The notes under the pieces: model-generated | What the model saw: the letters and a program-made list of their open reading frames with translations, nothing else | The model's database searches: none | What the model was told of the DNA's origin: nothing | Program-made: the position numbers and the translations under genes | In this document: one piece after another, positions 63,286-64,000 of the stretch | Layout: each line of letters starts with the position of its first letter | Position numbering within the stretch: the first letter of the stretch is position 1 | Source of the DNA: Isurus oxyrinchus | Taxonomy: Eukaryota | Length of the DNA: 64,000 bases | Assembly: GCA_026770705.1 (NCBI GenBank) | Contig: JANJGN010000121.1 | Span: 1,364,001-1,428,000, forward strand | Reading direction: 5' to 3'

Positions 63286-64000
63286 GTATCCTTTCTCACC
63301 AACTTTCAAGTTTAGTACTGCCAAGTGACTATAAATATATTCTTCTGTAAATCAGAATCTTGAATGCTCTCCCAATTGACCAACAATCATTCCTGGTACA
63401 TGAATCATAGAAAGTTAGTATGCAGGTGCAGCAAGGTGTTAGGAAGGCAAATGGAACGTTGGTGTTTATTGCAAGGGACCTCGAGTGTAAAAATAGGGAC
63501 ACATGTTACAACTGTACAGACTCTTGGTGAGACTGCATCAGCAGTACTGTGTGCAGTCTTGGCTTCTGACATAGAAAAGATGGGCCGAATGCGCAGTTGT
63601 AGATTAGCTGTAATTCTGTGTAACATTATCTGCAGGTGAGGAATACAGTGCAGTTTGTATGTGTGCTAGTGTTGGAGCTGTATCCAGTCCAGATTATATA
63701 AAAAAAACAATCAAATTTAGATTTTAAACCTCATAAGTTTCCCCAAATTTAATTCATTTGATGATATGGGCAACATTTATTGCCCCTCCCTAATTACCCC
63801 TTGAGCCGTTGTCTTCAACTGCAGCAGTCCGTGTGCTGTAGGTAAACCCACAGCACGGTTAGGCAGGGAGTCCAGGATTTTGTCCCAGCGACAGTGTAGG
63901 AATGGCAATAGATTTCCAAGTCAGGATGGTGAGTAATTTGGAGGGGAACTAGCAGGTGGTGGTGTTCCCATGAGTCTTCTGTCCTTGTCCTTCTAGATGT

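Larger units (their letters stand above)
17880..64000 (+). repeat. Segmental tandem duplication of about 25-27 kb (17880-41790 versus 44715-64000+)
   Basis: TM exon offset 26893, signal exon offset 25377; intergenic LINE, LTR, Harbinger and SINE fragments are all colinear. Confidence 0.92.
58430..64000 (+). repeat. The same 1.7 kb unit array in gene 3
   Basis: Exon spacing 1721 and 1696 nt. Confidence 0.93.

Overview
Vertebrate genomic DNA, most likely a cartilaginous fish (inferred from the SINE/LINE/Penelope repeat content), with several N gaps. The window holds a + strand tandem cluster of three Siglec-family (CD22/sialoadhesin-like) Ig receptor genes. Gene 1 (3' part, 640-20335) has at least 16 near-identical 282-nt C2-type Ig exons, a TM exon and two cytoplasmic exons. 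A 1-nt insertion in its last exon puts a stop before the ITIM/ITSM. Gene 2 (29135-47524) is complete at about 802 aa: signal peptide, V-set, Siglec domain 2, five tandem 258-nt Ig exons of a different type, TM, ITIM and ITSM. Gene 3 (54512 to beyond the window) is a recent duplicate of gene 2. Both visible V-set domains carry Tyr where Siglecs have the essential sialic-acid-binding Arg. Every intron following a 258-nt Ig exon contains a sense-strand minimal type I hammerhead ribozyme motif with a palindromic stem III (8 copies, 5 with intact core). The remainder is CR1/L2-type LINE fragments, DeuSINE-like elements with 33-bp minisatellites, solo LTRs, Harbinger remnants and CA/GA microsatellites. 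Most short ORFs in the track are repeat noise.
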